Positions 48,745 to 50,556 of a stretch of 50,556 nt of DNA are shown in pieces. The stretch comes from Gemmatales bacterium (GTDB lineage Bacteria > Planctomycetota > Planctomycetia > Gemmatales > HRBIN36), in the NCBI GenBank assembly GCA_025056555.1, contig JANWVZ010000003.1:1-50556 (forward strand), given 5' to 3'. How positions within the stretch are numbered: the stretch's first letter is position 1; each line of letters opens with the position of its first letter. The position numbers were made by a program, and so were the translations under genes. Under the pieces are notes generated by a model. That model was not told the origin of the DNA, did no database searches, and worked only from the letters and a program-made list of their open reading frames with translations.

Positions 48745-49701
48745 TCACGTCAGAGAATCTCGCCGATAGACCATACCGCGATCCACCATTTCGAATCCCA
48801 GATCGCGCAGACATTTGCGAAGGGTTGGTGCCTGTTCTGGCACGTGCATCTCGACCAACGTGTAATACTGTTGTTCAAGATATTGTAAGGCTCGGGCCGC
48901 CAACACTGCTTCCAGCCCCTGGGCATTCGCATCGTCAGCTACTTGCAAGTTGAGCAAGCCTACAGACGGCTGTTTCCATCGCCAACCGAATAATTCCATT
49001 TCCCACATATCCATCTGAGCTAACACCCGCCCCTGATGCACCAACTGAAACCGTAACATCTCTAAAGGTGAGGTAGCGCATGCTTCAAACCAACTTGATG
49101 GTGTCGGTTGGGCAGTGACCTGCAGCTGACACTGTGCCTTCCACGCCGCCGCCGCGCCACTCACCTCATAAGTGCTACCGTCTAAGACCCGTTGATAAAC
49201 GGCGTGCATCGCTCCAACCCGGTAGCCACGTTTTTCCAGAAAAGGGCGTGCATCCCGATCCGATTCCAGGATACCGGACGGTTCACTGCCTCCATACAAG
49301 CCCCAATAAAACGGACACAGCGGACGATGGCTGCCAAAGTAAATCTCGCTGACACCCCGCCCGCGCAAATAATCTTCCGCACTCCGAAGCAACTCGCTGC
49401 CGATCCCGCGTCGGCGGTATTGGGGATGCACTACAAGAACACAAATCACACCGCGTTCCATCGAAAGATGCTGCCCCGACGCATCGGGACCGAACCCAGC
49501 ATGTGCCCAGCCAATAACCTGTCCCCCCAGTTCTGCCACCAACAGTCCTTGCGGCTCAAAATATGGCTTACTCAAAACGGCCAGTTCCAGACAATTCACG
49601 TTTACCAAAATCCCCGCACCTCGGCCCGTGAGAGCCTGGTTCCATAAACGCACTAAGTGGGGGGGATCGCTGTTGCGAAAAGGTCGAATACGCCAGCTCA
49701 C
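48745..49701 (-). CDS. GNAT-family N-acetyltransferase (tandem GNAT-like)
   Basis: VHPQYRRRGIGSELL acetyl-CoA motif; second degenerate GNAT half. Start placed at GTG 49701; the ORF is open to 49767. Confidence 0.8.
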   Translation of the reverse strand: MSWRIRPFRNSDPPHLVRLWNQALTGRGAGILVNVNCLELAVLSKPYFEPQGLLVAELGGQVIGWAHAGFGPDASGQHLSMERGVICVLVVHPQYRRRGIGSELLRSAEDYLRGRGVSEIYFGSHRPLCPFYWGLYGGSEPSGILESDRDARPFLEKRGYRVGAMHAVYQRVLDGSTYEVSGAAAAWKAQCQLQVTAQPTPSSWFEACATSPLEMLRFQLVHQGRVLAQMDMWEMELFGWRWKQPSVGLLNLQVADDANAQGLEAVLAARALQYLEQQYYTLVEMHVPEQAPTLRKCLRDLGFEMVDRGMVYRRDSLT

Positions 49702-50086
49702 CGCGCTCTTCCCATGGCCACGCCTCATCCTTCGGACCCATGCTTTATAGCGTAAGGCCCCTAGCAAAAACAGTCCACCCCGTCTTCGCTACATGGCTTG
49801 CCCCCTCCTTCCGCAACTGCCGCACATATCGCAGATTGGAAGCTACCCTTTTCTAATCACGTCATTCCGCAATAACAATTACTGCAAAAATTCCCTTGAT
49901 AACCTTCTTCATAACCCGTAGCAACATGCTGTGACATTCAATGCACAATGCAATAGAAACTCCACAGATTTCATATGTCCTAATAAACTTCCTCCTATGG
50001 CTCTGCTAAATGTTGCCGTTCTCAGATGCTTAGTGGTCGGATTTTCTTAGATCCCAGCAAGTAGCGCCAGTCATACCCATCCTGGA

Positions 50087-50121
50087 ATAAACAAAACGGG
50101 CGCGGCTGTTGGCCACGCCCG
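50087..50121 (-). terminator. intrinsic terminator
   Basis: Minus strand CGGGCGTGGC-CAACA-GCCGCGCCCG followed by TTTTGTTT, about 80 nt after the stop at 50199. Confidence 0.75.
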
Positions 50122-50198
50122 CGACGGTTAGGCTTACGGCAGGGTGACTTAGAAACTCAGTCGGCCTTTCTCAGGGACATCCTCAGCCTCTAAGTCAC

Positions 50199-50555
50199 TT
50201 AGTCCAGATTCAAGCTAATCAGATAATTTTCCAGACCCTGACGTTGTTTGAGAATCTCCTGCTGCAGGGCCTTGATACGGTCCTGATACTTCTCAATCAT
50301 CGGCTCCTGTTCATCCAGTTTCTTCAGGTACCGCTTGTACGTCTCACTGCTCGGCGGCAACGTCTGCATGTTCGCCCGCAGCCGTGCTTGGTCGTCTTCT
50401 AGTATCTTCAACTCCGACTGCACCTGGTTCAGCTCTTGCTGCAACAGTGCCAGTTGATGCTTCATCTTCACTACCTGCTCCAGCGCCTCCTTGACTTTCT
50501 GGCTGGTTACCGGACTCTGCAGGAAGAAGCGGATCGTCTGGTCGTCGGCATTCGA
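50199..50555 (-). CDS. 3' end of a gene running off the window; coiled-coil C-terminus, possibly DUF4139-type
   Basis: Frame open to the window edge: SNADDQTIRFFLQSP...DQARLRANM...YKRYLKKLDEQE. Confidence 0.7.
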   Translation of the reverse strand, partial: SNADDQTIRFFLQSPVTSQKVKEALEQVVKMKHQLALLQQELNQVQSELKILEDDQARLRANMQTLPPSSETYKRYLKKLDEQEPMIEKYQDRIKALQQEILKQRQGLENYLISLNLD

Positions 50556-50556
50556 C

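Noticed and set aside
48709-48745. FMN riboswitch upstream of ribBA
   Set aside because: Only 35 nt separate ribBA from the upstream GNAT gene; no room and no RFN consensus.

Overview
Bacterial chromosomal window, most likely a planctomycete (inferred from the Hanks-type Ser/Thr kinase, several TPR proteins, long RseP and the futalosine-pathway gene mqnD). Most of it is housekeeping or metabolic: acyl-CoA dehydrogenase, mqnD, prolyl oligopeptidase, YebC, citrate synthase, serS, dxr, rseP, truD, dnaE, ribBA. Three parts stand out. (1) About 17.4-21.4 kb is a decayed accessory island holding an orphan RHS-type toxin/immunity cassette, bracketed by three unrelated non-coding tandem-repeat arrays of about 25, 19 and 75 bp period. 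(2) About 34.9-41.0 kb holds an SNF2 helicase and an Eco57I-like adenine methyltransferase resembling DISARM class I drmD/drmMI, without drmABC and with an apparently truncated methyltransferase. (3) Upstream of truD is a sigma70-like promoter followed directly by a ~65-nt hairpin and a U-tract, a candidate undescribed small or leader RNA. No tRNA, rRNA, CRISPR array or intact transposase/integrase was recognised. All product calls come from motif recognition by eye, not from database searches.
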